A stretch of DNA of 64,000 bases from Nitrospirota bacterium. Its GTDB lineage: Bacteria > Nitrospirota > UBA9217. The notes beneath the pieces were generated by a model. It was not told the origin of the DNA. It was given only the letters and a program-made list of their open reading frames with translations, and made no database searches. Within the stretch, counting starts at the first letter, position 1. Each line of letters starts with the position of its first letter. Positions 20,525 to 30,063 of this stretch are shown here, in pieces. The DNA is taken from NCBI GenBank assembly GCA_035623825.1, contig DASPSR010000022.1, positions 1-64,000 of the forward strand. The letters are read 5' to 3'. The position numbers and the translations under genes were made by a program.

Positions 20525-20803
20525 CTATTTGCTGCCGCCTGAGCTTCCGGATGGCGCTGGTTGATCCGGCTTCTCATTTGAACCGGTTCCGCTGCCTGAG
20601 GGAGCCGATGTCGGAGCAGCTTTTGTGCCGCTTCAACTGCTATGCGTTGCAGTCTGTTTTGTGGTAACACCTGTACCACTACCCGTACCGCTTCAGCTGC
20701 CTTCGGCTTTGTGCATGCTTCCGTCGATGACAAGACCGGCGCCGGCAATCAGTCCGACTATACCGAACCCCATCAGAAACTTTTTCAGTTCCCGATTATC
20801 CAT
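20525..20803 (-). CDS. sbtA: SbtA-like selenocysteine RiPP precursor, 92 aa if both UGA are read as Sec: MDNRELKKFLMGFGIVGLIAGAGLVIDGSMHKAEGS-U-SGTGSGTGVTTKQTATHSS-U-SGTKAAPTSAPSGSGTGSNEKPDQPAPSGSSGGSK
   Basis: AGGAGGTG RBS; ELKKFL.GF.I.GLIAG leader; UGA at 20695-20693 and 20635-20633, both in AGY-TGA-AGC-GGY; TAG stop; co-oriented just upstream of sbtM; absent from the ORF track. Confidence 0.82.
20661..20679 (-). promoter_or_regulatory. candidate bacterial SECIS for the first UGA of sbtA
   Basis: GUGGUAC-AGGU-GUUACCAC hairpin with a bulged U and a G-containing loop, starting 13 nt 3' of the UGA. Confidence 0.65.
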
Positions 20804-21168
20804 AGGTTCACCTCCTTTTTGTATGATGTTCGTTGATATGAAGAGTACACAAATCCGAGGTAAGATGAACTAAGGGGTTCACTCTATGACCTCATTAAAG
20901 AAGGGGGAGGTATGGTGCATACCGATGACTATTGCAAATAGTTATAGGTTAATTCTATATATTCTCCGTGCCGCTGTCAAGGTCGAGAGGTGATTTTGTC
21001 AGCCTATCTCTTCACATGATTCCCGAAATAGCATCACCTGGTCACAATCGCCTAAACAATTCAATACTTTTCAAATCAGGGCACCCGTTTAAGGCTGTGA
21101 AGAACGCCACTAGGAATGAAGGGCGGATTGAGGGGATAATCATGGTAAATCAGTCTGGTTCGCGTACC

Positions 21169-22236
21169 TTAACTGTACATCAGTTTTCGCTCCAGGTCTT
21201 TCGAGCGAGAGGTCCGCTTTGCCTCGTCGAGAGTTATGAATTCCGCCCGGCAGAGCTGGATGAGATGCTGGTCCATCGTCTGCATGCCGTATTCGTCTCG
21301 TCCCTTCTCGATGTACTGCTCAATATCATCGAGGTGGTTGTCCCTTATGCACGCCTTAATGGTAGAAGTCGCATACATCACTTCAAGGGCAGGCAGGATA
21401 GTCTCGCCGCTTTTCCCTCTTACGAGCCGCATAGATGTGATGGCCATGAGACTCTCCGCCAGCCTGTGCCTCGCATTCTCCTGAGCCTCAGGCGGAAAAT
21501 AACCGACGATGCGGTTGATGGACGAAGCGGTATTATGGGTATGAAGCGTGGATAGTACCAGATGCCCAGTCTCGGCGGCCTTAATACAGGCGTCTATGGT
21601 TTCTAGATCGCGCATTTCTCCGACCATGATGACGTCCGGATTCATTCTCATCGCAGACCGCAGTGCAACGCTGAAACTGTCCGTATCGATGCCCACCTCC
21701 CTCTGAATAACACAGCTTTTGTTTGAGGAGAACAGAAACTCGATTGGGTCCTCGATGGTAATGATATTGTAATCGAAATTATCGTTGATATACTTCAGCA
21801 TCGATGCGAGTGTCGTCGATTTGCCGTTGCCGGTCGGCCCGGTGACGAGTATAAGGCCATTAGGAACCTGCGCAATCCTGCCGAGGACGGATGGAAGATT
21901 CAGCTCCTCGAAGGTGCTAACCTGATGCGGTATGACCCGCATGACGATGCCGAGATTCCCGCGTTGCCGGAAGATGCTAACGCGGAAACGGCCGACGTTC
22001 GCCAGAGTATAGGAAGTATCAAATTCCTTCAAGTCTTCATGCAGCTTACGGTGATGCTGCTCCATGACCGCGTTTGCGACGAACTCGGTATCCTGTTTCG
22101 TCAAGCTCGCGAGCTTGGCGCGGATGAGATGGCCGTGTGCCCGGAACATCGGCGGGTTGTCGACCTCAAAATGGATGTCCGAGACCCTTTTTTCGAAGGC
22201 AATTTGAAGGATCTGATTCAGTATCGCATTGTCCAT
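21169..22236 (-). CDS. pilT: PilT/PilU-family type IV pilus ATPase
   Basis: SDIH, GRFRVSIFRQRG, GPTGNGKST, TIEDPIEF, PDVIMVGEMRD, AAETGHLVLSTLHT, GMQTMDQ. Confidence 0.9.
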   Translation of the reverse strand: MDNAILNQILQIAFEKRVSDIHFEVDNPPMFRAHGHLIRAKLASLTKQDTEFVANAVMEQHHRKLHEDLKEFDTSYTLANVGRFRVSIFRQRGNLGIVMRVIPHQVSTFEELNLPSVLGRIAQVPNGLILVTGPTGNGKSTTLASMLKYINDNFDYNIITIEDPIEFLFSSNKSCVIQREVGIDTDSFSVALRSAMRMNPDVIMVGEMRDLETIDACIKAAETGHLVLSTLHTHNTASSINRIVGYFPPEAQENARHRLAESLMAITSMRLVRGKSGETILPALEVMYATSTIKACIRDNHLDDIEQYIEKGRDEYGMQTMDQHLIQLCRAEFITLDEAKRTSRSKDLERKLMYS

Positions 22237-22278
22237 GATGGTCTTGCACCTCCGCATTTTCTCTTGGCCCGAGACCCG

Positions 22279-24087
22279 TTAAGGTATCTCTGATTTTTGG
22301 GACGCCTTGTTCACCTGTCTCCGGAAAAGACCATATTCCAGTAAAATGCCGACCTGTTGAGCAAGGATCTCGAGTATATCAAGCTGCACCGGGGACGCCT
22401 CCTTATTCCCGAAATCCCCATATACAATCGCTATTACTTTTCGATCGACTATCAGGGGCAGCAGGACAAAAACCGGGCTCTTGGGTTTGCCAATTTCCTT
22501 GAAAAGGTCCTTTATCGTTTCATCGCTGCTCTCCCCATAGTACGCCAGCCCTTTTTCGAGCACATCCCGGAAAACCGAAGGCTTTGAGAGCGGTATTTTA
22601 AGCCCATCGGCCGGGGTCGGCCCCATATCCTTTTCAGAGCTCATTCCTATGGCCCTTTCGCCAGTCAATTCTGAAGGACGCACAAAAAAAGTGACCGCAC
22701 GCTCGAACATTCCTGCAACACCGACGAGCATCGCCAGAATTACATCAGCAGGGTTGGTGCTTTCGCGAAGCGGTTTGATGTCGTTTTTTAGTTTTTTCAC
22801 GTATCGATCAATGGTGTCGGGTTGGTACTGAAAATTTTTAATATAAGACCTGAAGGCGTCGAGAAACTGCATCGTATCCTGGATGTACGTTTCTCTCCGT
22901 ATTTCTTTCAGCGGCCTAGGGAGAACGGCCCTGACACCGTCATTGTACGATTGAAGGATGAAATTACTCTCCAACGGAGAGGCGAATTGCAGAAGAGGGA
23001 CTGAAGAGTACTTTCCTCTCAACCGGTTCCGAAGGGCTATGATTTTTCCCTCGGAAAGCCCGCCCCCTGATCTCACGGGACTGTCAAGAACGACCGCGGG
23101 CATTCTCATGGCAGAGATGCATTGGGATACGATCCGTTCGAGGTCCATCTCATCGTCCGTTGCAAATACGGGTATTCCTTCATCATTGCATATCGTCATA
23201 ACAGAATGACTTATCAGCTTGTCACCGCTGAAAATGATTACAGCCTTGTCCGCCTGCTGCGCCGCAGCGCCGGGCGCGGCTTTGCGGGCTACGGATTTCC
23301 TCAAAAAGGTAACAAATGCTTCCTGCTCTTCGGAGGGAAAACCCGTGAGTATTTCCTTTATTTTCTGGCGATGGATTTCGACCGGGTTGAAGTTTTCCAT
23401 TTCAGACGCAGGCCGGGATATTTTTTTCTCAAGTCGATCAACATCGGCAAGCCCGAGATCATCCGCGGTAATTATCGACCGCGCTCCTTTTGTCTTGCCT
23501 GCGGTTCCCGCTGGAAAGACGTCGGCATAGAGTGCCTCGAAGGACTGAACTTCTTTCCCGATAGCACGGTCACGTTCACGCTCGTCAAAGATACGAGAAG
23601 CATCCATCAAAACCATCTGGGCATCGACCCCCACAAGCTGCTCAATGTCGCCGAAAGCAGGCTCACCTTCTGGAGAGAAGAAGATAGTGTCCGTATCGAA
23701 CGTAAAAGTACCCTTGGTCCAGCTCATCAGCTCGACGATTGTCATTTCGACCAGCTTTCTCAGCCCTCGAAGAGCATCTTCCGGCTTGAGCTTGCCCATC
23801 TGCATTAAAGTAACCATGATCGGCCTGCGATCCTTAGTGGCGTCGTTCTGGGCGTCCAATGCCTGCTTGAGATCTTCAAGTGTTATGGCGCCTGTCTTTA
23901 CCAGAACGGTCCCGATGCGGATGCTATCGTCGATGTGATTTGCACAAACAATGGATCCGTTGCTGAAGACAATATTACTCTCCCCCTTGTCCCCCTTAAC
24001 GGAAAAAATCCCTGACTTCCGCGTTGTGTGGACCAGCTGGATGATGTCTACTATCGGCAGATGTTCTAAATCCCCGGTAAAAGCCAT
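22279..24087 (-). CDS. DUF4388 (PatA-N-like) signalling protein with degenerate receiver-like and GAF-like regions
   Basis: MAFTGDLEHLPIVDIIQL..RKSG, IGTVLVKTGAIT, LMSWTKGTFTF; C-terminal VLLPL..KVIAIVYGD. Confidence 0.8.
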   Translation of the reverse strand: MAFTGDLEHLPIVDIIQLVHTTRKSGIFSVKGDKGESNIVFSNGSIVCANHIDDSIRIGTVLVKTGAITLEDLKQALDAQNDATKDRRPIMVTLMQMGKLKPEDALRGLRKLVEMTIVELMSWTKGTFTFDTDTIFFSPEGEPAFGDIEQLVGVDAQMVLMDASRIFDERERDRAIGKEVQSFEALYADVFPAGTAGKTKGARSIITADDLGLADVDRLEKKISRPASEMENFNPVEIHRQKIKEILTGFPSEEQEAFVTFLRKSVARKAAPGAAAQQADKAVIIFSGDKLISHSVMTICNDEGIPVFATDDEMDLERIVSQCISAMRMPAVVLDSPVRSGGGLSEGKIIALRNRLRGKYSSVPLLQFASPLESNFILQSYNDGVRAVLPRPLKEIRRETYIQDTMQFLDAFRSYIKNFQYQPDTIDRYVKKLKNDIKPLRESTNPADVILAMLVGVAGMFERAVTFFVRPSELTGERAIGMSSEKDMGPTPADGLKIPLSKPSVFRDVLEKGLAYYGESSDETIKDLFKEIGKPKSPVFVLLPLIVDRKVIAIVYGDFGNKEASPVQLDILEILAQQVGILLEYGLFRRQVNKASQKSEIP

Positions 24088-24488
24088 AGTGGTAATTATC
24101 CCTCAAGGGTGCTGACATATCAGCACCGAAAGTGGATGTCCCATAAATTGGGAAGCAAAAACATAGACTTTCCTTAGTTCGCAGCAAAACTAAACTTGGT
24201 TGAAATAGTACTCCTCTATAAAATGTATCACGGCATGATGCAATCTTCTCATCGGGATATTTTGATAAAACTTAAGGTATTTAAAGAGTTTATATGGTAG
24301 ATAGTACCGACCCGGGATGAAAATAATGTGCTTTTAAAAATGTCAACTTCAACTGCTTGAGGAAGAACCTGATTGAAATATCCTCGCTGAACCTGTTTTT
24401 CGTATTTAGGAAGGCGCGTTCTTTATAAACTGATAATCTGACAAAGGGCAGGGTTGGAGAGCATATATTATGACTTCTACAATTAATG

Positions 24489-24504
24489 TGTGAGTCAAAT
24501 CACA
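24489..24504. promoter_or_regulatory. CRP/FNR-family binding site
   Basis: Perfect TGTGA-N6-TCACA, about 90 nt upstream of the GH5 gene. Confidence 0.6.
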
Positions 24505-24591
24505 GATTCACCGGTGATTAACGGTCATAATCAATTATGCCTGCAATAAGGTCTTTGCCATTTAATTATGCTCGTCGTCGGGAGAGGTCTT

Positions 24592-25686
24592 ATGAAGCGG
24601 CTTAAATTATGCTCATCATCGCTCGCCCTTGCATTAATCGTTTCCTGTACGAGTGGCGGCACCACCTCGGGAGGATACACGACTGCCGGCGGTGACGGCG
24701 TCGACGGACTTCACGTAGTTAGCAATCAGATTCAGAACGCCAATGGTCAGGATGTCCGCATTCACGGAGTGAATCGCTCAGGCACTGAGTACGCTTGCAT
24801 CCAGGGTTGGGGCATCTTCGATGGTCCAAATGACGCCGCCTCGATACAAGCGATCAAATCTTGGAAAGCGAACGCCGTACGGATCCCTCTCAATGAGGAC
24901 TGTTGGCTGGGAATCAACGGCGTTTCGTCGCAATACGGCGGCACCAGTTACCAGCAAGCCATCTCAGACTACGTCAGCGCCATCAAGCAACAGGGGCTGA
25001 TTCCCATCCTTGAACTCCACTGGTCAGCTCCCGGCAGTTCGCAAGCCGTTTCTCAGCAGCCCATGCCAGACGAAGACCATTCCCCCGCATTCTGGACTCA
25101 AGTTGCGCAGATGTTTAAAGGCAACAGCTCGGTCATTTTTGAGCTTTTCAACGAGCCCTTCCCTGATTCCAATCAGGACACGGCGGCGGCTTGGACCTGC
25201 TGGCGCGACGGAGGCGTTTGCCCGGGTGCTACGTATACAGTAGCCGGCATGCAGGAGCTGGTTACTGCGGTTAGAGGCACGGGAGCGACCAACATCATCT
25301 TGCTTGGAGGGGTGGAGTACTCGAATTCATTGACAGGTTGGGTCTCGCACAAGCCCAACGATCCGCTCGGCAACTTGGCGGCGGCTTGGCATGTGTACAA
25401 TTTCAACATGTGCGCTGACGTGAGCTGTTATAACAGCAACACTGGGCCGGTGCTTTCCGCAGTACCGGTAGTGACCACCGAAATCGGCGAGAATGACTGC
25501 CAGGGCGTATTTATCAGCACGCTGATGGGGTGGCTTGATAATAACGGCGGCAGCTACTTGGCCTGGGTGTGGGATACGTGGGGATCGTCGTGCAGTTCCA
25601 TCTCACTGATTTCAGACTATAGCGGTACTCCCAGCGGCGCTTACGGCCAGACCTACAAAGACCATCTCGCCGCGCTCAATCCATAG
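24592..25686 (+). CDS. glycoside hydrolase family 5 (endoglucanase-like) lipoprotein
   Basis: Lipobox IVSC; HGVNRSGTEYAC, VRIPLNEDCW, FELFNEP (acid/base), WHVY, TTEIG (nucleophile), YLAWVW. Confidence 0.9.
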   Translation: MKRLKLCSSSLALALIVSCTSGGTTSGGYTTAGGDGVDGLHVVSNQIQNANGQDVRIHGVNRSGTEYACIQGWGIFDGPNDAASIQAIKSWKANAVRIPLNEDCWLGINGVSSQYGGTSYQQAISDYVSAIKQQGLIPILELHWSAPGSSQAVSQQPMPDEDHSPAFWTQVAQMFKGNSSVIFELFNEPFPDSNQDTAAAWTCWRDGGVCPGATYTVAGMQELVTAVRGTGATNIILLGGVEYSNSLTGWVSHKPNDPLGNLAAAWHVYNFNMCADVSCYNSNTGPVLSAVPVVTTEIGENDCQGVFISTLMGWLDNNGGSYLAWVWDTWGSSCSSISLISDYSGTPSGAYGQTYKDHLAALNP

Positions 25687-25965
25687 GTTCTTGAGTGTAG
25701 CAATGTATAGACGGAAAAGGGACACTCGCATGGAGTAATGGACATACGCGATCAAGATCACCGGCCTGAGCAGCCTCCCAGATGAGATTGAAGCGAAACC
25801 TCAACGATATTCAGGTTCATTCATAAGATATTTGCAGCACCATTATATCCTGAAGCCATTGCTTGTGGCTGACAGACCGAGGTGTATGCTTCATCCCCGA
25901 AACTTAGAGTAATCCTTCATCTCGACCTTTATGACATCGACCCGAAATGCATCGATTCGATATCG

Positions 25966-25994
25966 TTGACAACACAAAACAGAAAGAATATATT
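25966..25994 (+). promoter_or_regulatory. sigma-70 promoter
   Basis: TTGACA-N17-TATATT upstream of the 26124 ORF. Confidence 0.55.
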
Positions 25995-26123
25995 CGTGGC
26001 ATGATGCAGAAACAATAGCAGGCGGCGATAAGACTGTTCACCTATTCACCGATTTTTTGCGTAGCTTAAGCAGGGGGGGCGTGCTTAATAAATGGATAAT
26101 GTATTGCACCCCTGATCGGATCA

Positions 26124-26711
26124 ATGCGAACGGCAACAGCCGATGCGGAGAACAATCCCATGGGCCAGGTCGACCAGAAATTTGGCAAGCCCAACCCCAA
26201 TGCGCCGGCAGCTCTATCCCGATTTGCCTTTCTCATCGGCAGATGGCGGTGCGAAGCAAAAGCGAGGTCTGCCGATGGAGAATGGCAGTCGTTGCGAGCA
26301 ACGTGGCTAGGCCGCTTCATCCTCGACGGCTATGCAATCGCAGACGAATACAGGATGACAGGCTCGTCCGGAGAGCTGATCGTGCTCGGCATGAATCTCC
26401 GTACGTATGACGTTGCCAAACAGATATGGAACATGAAATGGCTAAATGCGCTGGCTGGAACGTGGGTGGACCTGGGACCGGAGGAACTCGGTGGAGTCAG
26501 GTTCGACGGTCAATCAATCATCTACGCCTTCAAAGAGCCTGTGGCCGCCCACTCTTACACGCGCGCCACGTACACGAATATTTCCAGTATGCACTTCACG
26601 TGGCGAGGCGAGAAGTCCGACGACGGGAAGTCCTGGAGCGAATTCATGGTCGTAGAGGCCTACCGCAGCAAGGAGCAGGAGACCGTCCTGAGCTTCACCC
26701 GCGGATCTTGA
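26124..26711 (+). CDS. hypothetical beta-barrel protein (DUF1579-like)
   Basis: FAFLIGRW, ILDGYAIAD, FTWRGEKSDDGKSW pattern. Confidence 0.7.
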   Translation: MRTATADAENNPMGQVDQKFGKPNPNAPAALSRFAFLIGRWRCEAKARSADGEWQSLRATWLGRFILDGYAIADEYRMTGSSGELIVLGMNLRTYDVAKQIWNMKWLNALAGTWVDLGPEELGGVRFDGQSIIYAFKEPVAAHSYTRATYTNISSMHFTWRGEKSDDGKSWSEFMVVEAYRSKEQETVLSFTRGS

Positions 26712-26883
26712 GTTCTCAGCGAACATTCAAGGTGCCAATCTTCTAAAACACTTCATGTTGCATTCAGTAACATTTGACGATATTTCTCCGTATAATGCTC
26801 CTGATTCTTCATTTATTTCCTAAAGTTATGTCATGAGGTTCCGATGAGAATATCAGGAAGTTTTCGTTAGGAGGGCCTTGAGC

Positions 26884-27435
26884 ATGAAGTTACATGATGC
26901 CGTTTTGTTGGCAGTACATGCCCGCAAGCTGCAAAAGAGCGTAGAGCCAAATACTAAGAAACCGGATGAATATTTTCGCCGGGTGAAGGCCCTTTTACGG
27001 GAAGGCAAACAAAAGGAAGCATTCATGCTTTTACAGGAGGCGGTTTCGATTTACCCGAATGAGCCTACTTTGATGTCATATTATGGATATCTTCTGGCAA
27101 CGGTTGACAGGAAATACCGCATGGGAATAGATACTTGCCTGAAAGCCATGAAAAATCTCAAGACCTTAGAAAAAAATTGTGATAAACGGGATGTAAGCGG
27201 GGCTTATCCTGTTTTTTATTGCAATCTCGGCAAGGCATATTCCGCTGCGGGCAAACGAAAAGAATCTTTGGATGCATTAAACAAAGGGTTGTCTTGCGAT
27301 CCGGGCAACAGCGATATCAAGAAGGAATTGCAGAGGATGGGTGTGAGAAGGAAGAAGCCCCCGATACCGTTTCTTGATCGGTCAAATCCGATCAACAAAT
27401 ATCTTGGGATTGCGTTATATAGACGCAAAAAATAG
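26884..27435 (+). CDS. tetratricopeptide repeat protein
   Basis: SYYGYLLA, FYCNLGKAYSAAG..A..GL..DP.N; C-terminal PPIPFLDRSNPINKYLG. Confidence 0.8.
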   Translation: MKLHDAVLLAVHARKLQKSVEPNTKKPDEYFRRVKALLREGKQKEAFMLLQEAVSIYPNEPTLMSYYGYLLATVDRKYRMGIDTCLKAMKNLKTLEKNCDKRDVSGAYPVFYCNLGKAYSAAGKRKESLDALNKGLSCDPGNSDIKKELQRMGVRRKKPPIPFLDRSNPINKYLGIALYRRKK

Positions 27436-27497
27436 CAATTTTGGGTGTGCTGCGGATACTTCCTGAGATTCTGCTCTTTTTACAAGGAGGATGGCTT

Positions 27498-28676
27498 ATG
27501 ACCGGTATTAGTATCCATAGAAGGACCTTGGTGCGGTTGGCATATCTGCTTGTTGCTGGATTTTTTATCGTAACAACGGGAGCGTCTCCTTCCCGCGCAG
27601 AGGAGCGCGGCGTAACGAATCAGGAGATCATAATAGGGATGTCGAATGCCCTGACGGGTCCAGCAGCGGCTCTGGGTACAGGGGTCAAAGCCGGTGCTGT
27701 GGCGTATTTTCAGAAAATAAATAATGCAGGAGGGGTGAACGGCCGCAAGATTAAAGTGATCAGCTACGATGACGGGTATGAACCTCAGCGTACCGTGGAG
27801 AACACAAACAAGCTGATGAACGAAGACAAGGTATTCGCCCTATTCGGATATGTAGGGACGCCGACGTCCACAGCGGTGCTGCCGATCATTAACAAGGATC
27901 ACGTGCTCTTCTGGGCGCCTTTCACCGGTGCGGAGTTCCTCAGAACGCCTGTAACAAAAAACATTTTTAACGTGCGCGGCAGCTATTTTGATGAAGCCGA
28001 GATGCAAGTAAAGTACCTGACAGAAACACTGGGTAAGAAGAAGATCGGAGTATTTATCCAGAACGATGCCTATGGGCTTTCGGTCAAGTTGGGAGTGGTC
28101 AAAGCCCTTAAGAAACGCAACCTCGAAATTATGGGTGAAGGGACCTATGAGCGGAACACGGAGAATGTCGATGCCGGTCTGGAAACCGTAAAATCCTACA
28201 ATCCCGATGCGGTCATCATGGTGGGGACCTATAAGGCCATGGCAGCATTCATCAAGAAGGCACAGGCGCAGGGATTCAAGCCCGTCTTTCTCAATGTTTC
28301 ATTCGTGGGGACGGCGGCCCTGGTCAAAGAACTTGCTGGCGCAGGGGGCGATGTCATGGTCACCGAAGTCATGCCGTCCCCGCATGATTCACCGTTGCCC
28401 CTTGTGCGCCAGTATCGTCAGGACATGCATGCCGCTGGACATCCCGAACTCGACTATACGGATCTTGAGGGCTACGTCGATGCAGTTGTATTCGTGGAAG
28501 TCCTGAAACAGATCACAGGTCCGCTGACCCGCGAATCATTCATTGCTGCAGCCGAAAAGTTGAACGCAACCGTCGGCGGGCTTCCCTTTGCTTTTACTGC
28601 CGAGAACCATCAGGCAATGTCCAAAATATACCTCACCAAGATTGTTGGTTCCAAGGTTGTTGAAATTCAAAAATGA
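27498..28676 (+). CDS. Leu/Ile/Val-type (type I PBP) periplasmic ligand-binding protein, orphan
   Basis: Signal peptide; IGMSNALTGP, GGVNGRKI..YDDGYEP, GYVGTPT. Confidence 0.9.
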   Translation: MTGISIHRRTLVRLAYLLVAGFFIVTTGASPSRAEERGVTNQEIIIGMSNALTGPAAALGTGVKAGAVAYFQKINNAGGVNGRKIKVISYDDGYEPQRTVENTNKLMNEDKVFALFGYVGTPTSTAVLPIINKDHVLFWAPFTGAEFLRTPVTKNIFNVRGSYFDEAEMQVKYLTETLGKKKIGVFIQNDAYGLSVKLGVVKALKKRNLEIMGEGTYERNTENVDAGLETVKSYNPDAVIMVGTYKAMAAFIKKAQAQGFKPVFLNVSFVGTAALVKELAGAGGDVMVTEVMPSPHDSPLPLVRQYRQDMHAAGHPELDYTDLEGYVDAVVFVEVLKQITGPLTRESFIAAAEKLNATVGGLPFAFTAENHQAMSKIYLTKIVGSKVVEIQK

Positions 28677-29116
28677 GGGTTTGATCACGATCCATCTGAT
28701 CGGCAAAAATCGTAAGAATGTCCCGAAGAAGCCAAGCATGCCGGCCTTACTCCTGCGGACTCGTTAATTTGGCTCTTCGGGAATGTTTCATCTGCAGTTA
28801 GTCCGTCGTTCCAAAGTGTTTGAGTTCTCTTTCATCACCGCTAACAGAGTTACGTTCAGTAATCAGTAAAACAGCCTCACTTTTGGCGAAGGCTCTTCCG
28901 GTCAGTCAAACGGCTGACAGTGTTCATCGGGATGATGACTTCCTCTATTCATTCGCCTTCAATAGTAAGTGCCTATAAAATTTGTAATTCTGATGTACTT
29001 CTAATTCTAGAATTTTAGAACTTGGAATTTTAGAATTTTGAGAATATGGTATTTTATTTGCAAAGAAGATGTTATGACTTTGTTCGACGATTTTTTTCTC
29101 CGTGGAGGTGGAATCA

Positions 29117-29476
29117 ATGAACGCACTTACATTCAAAACCTTCAAAGTCAAGCATCGGGCATGGACGACGAGGCTCAAGGACTTTCTGGAGGGGAAAGGC
29201 GGTCTTACTCTAGAGCAGGCTATCTCACACAAGGACTGCAGCCTGGGCAAGTGGATGTACGCCGAGGGGCTTGAACATTTCAGCACCATACCGGAGATGA
29301 AGAGCCTGGAGAAGGTGCATATCCACCTGCACGAGATCGTGAAGAACATTGTTTCTCTCAAAGGCGAGGGCAAGGCCGCCGAGGCCAACGCCGAGTACCT
29401 GAAGATCGGGCCGATCTCCGATGAGATCATCAATCTTCTCACGGTGATTGAAAAGGATGTTTCCTTAACGCGGTAA
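29117..29476 (+). CDS. stand-alone CZB (chemoreceptor zinc-binding) domain protein
   Basis: H..W, H.DCSLGKW, H..LH (3His/1Cys zinc site). Confidence 0.88.
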   Translation: MNALTFKTFKVKHRAWTTRLKDFLEGKGGLTLEQAISHKDCSLGKWMYAEGLEHFSTIPEMKSLEKVHIHLHEIVKNIVSLKGEGKAAEANAEYLKIGPISDEIINLLTVIEKDVSLTR

Positions 29477-29589
29477 CATTTACCATCGGGTCTATCCCGT
29501 TTGGAGGGAAGAAATTTCAGCCGATCTGCCGGCAGCCACTATTCTGCTCACAGCCTTAATAAACAATAATATTTCGAAGGAGCAAGATC

Positions 29590-29901
29590 ATGATTCAAAG
29601 GAAAACAAAATTGAATTGCTGGGAATTTAAACGATGCGGTAGGCAGCCCCAGGGTATTCACGTTCATGACCTTGGTGTCTGCCCCGCTACTCTGGAAAAA
29701 AGGCTTGATGGAGTGCACGAGGGCGTGAATTCCGGCAGGGCATGCTGGGCTGTTGCAGGAACCTTATGCCAGGGACAGCTCCAGGGGACCTTCGCTCAGA
29801 AATTTAAGAATTGCAAGCAGTGTGATTTTTATCTGAAAGTACAAGAGGAGGAGCAGGTGGATTTCCAGCTCTCTGCGGTTCTTATCAGCAAATTGAAATA
29901 A
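29590..29901 (+). CDS. two-CW domain protein (Cys-rich)
   Basis: NCWEFKRCGR..GVCPA..GRACWAVAGTLC.G..CKQCDFY. Confidence 0.82.
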   Translation: MIQRKTKLNCWEFKRCGRQPQGIHVHDLGVCPATLEKRLDGVHEGVNSGRACWAVAGTLCQGQLQGTFAQKFKNCKQCDFYLKVQEEEQVDFQLSAVLISKLK

Positions 29902-30063
29902 TCCTGAGCACTCCGCATGACAGTATCAGAAAGTGACGCAGTTCATACCATTGTCTGCCCCACCCTATAAGCGTTGCCTTCGGGTTTACAGCACCAAGGT
30001 CGTCGAGCACCGGACCCGTGATACGGGAGAGCGGAGATTTAATAGGAGCGGAGGGCGATGCTA

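Noticed and set aside
20491-20873. ORF-track calls 20491-20748(-), 20625-20873(+) and 20642-20836(+)
   Set aside because: Alternative-frame or antisense shadows of the UGA-containing sbtA frame, which has the RBS and family-like leader.
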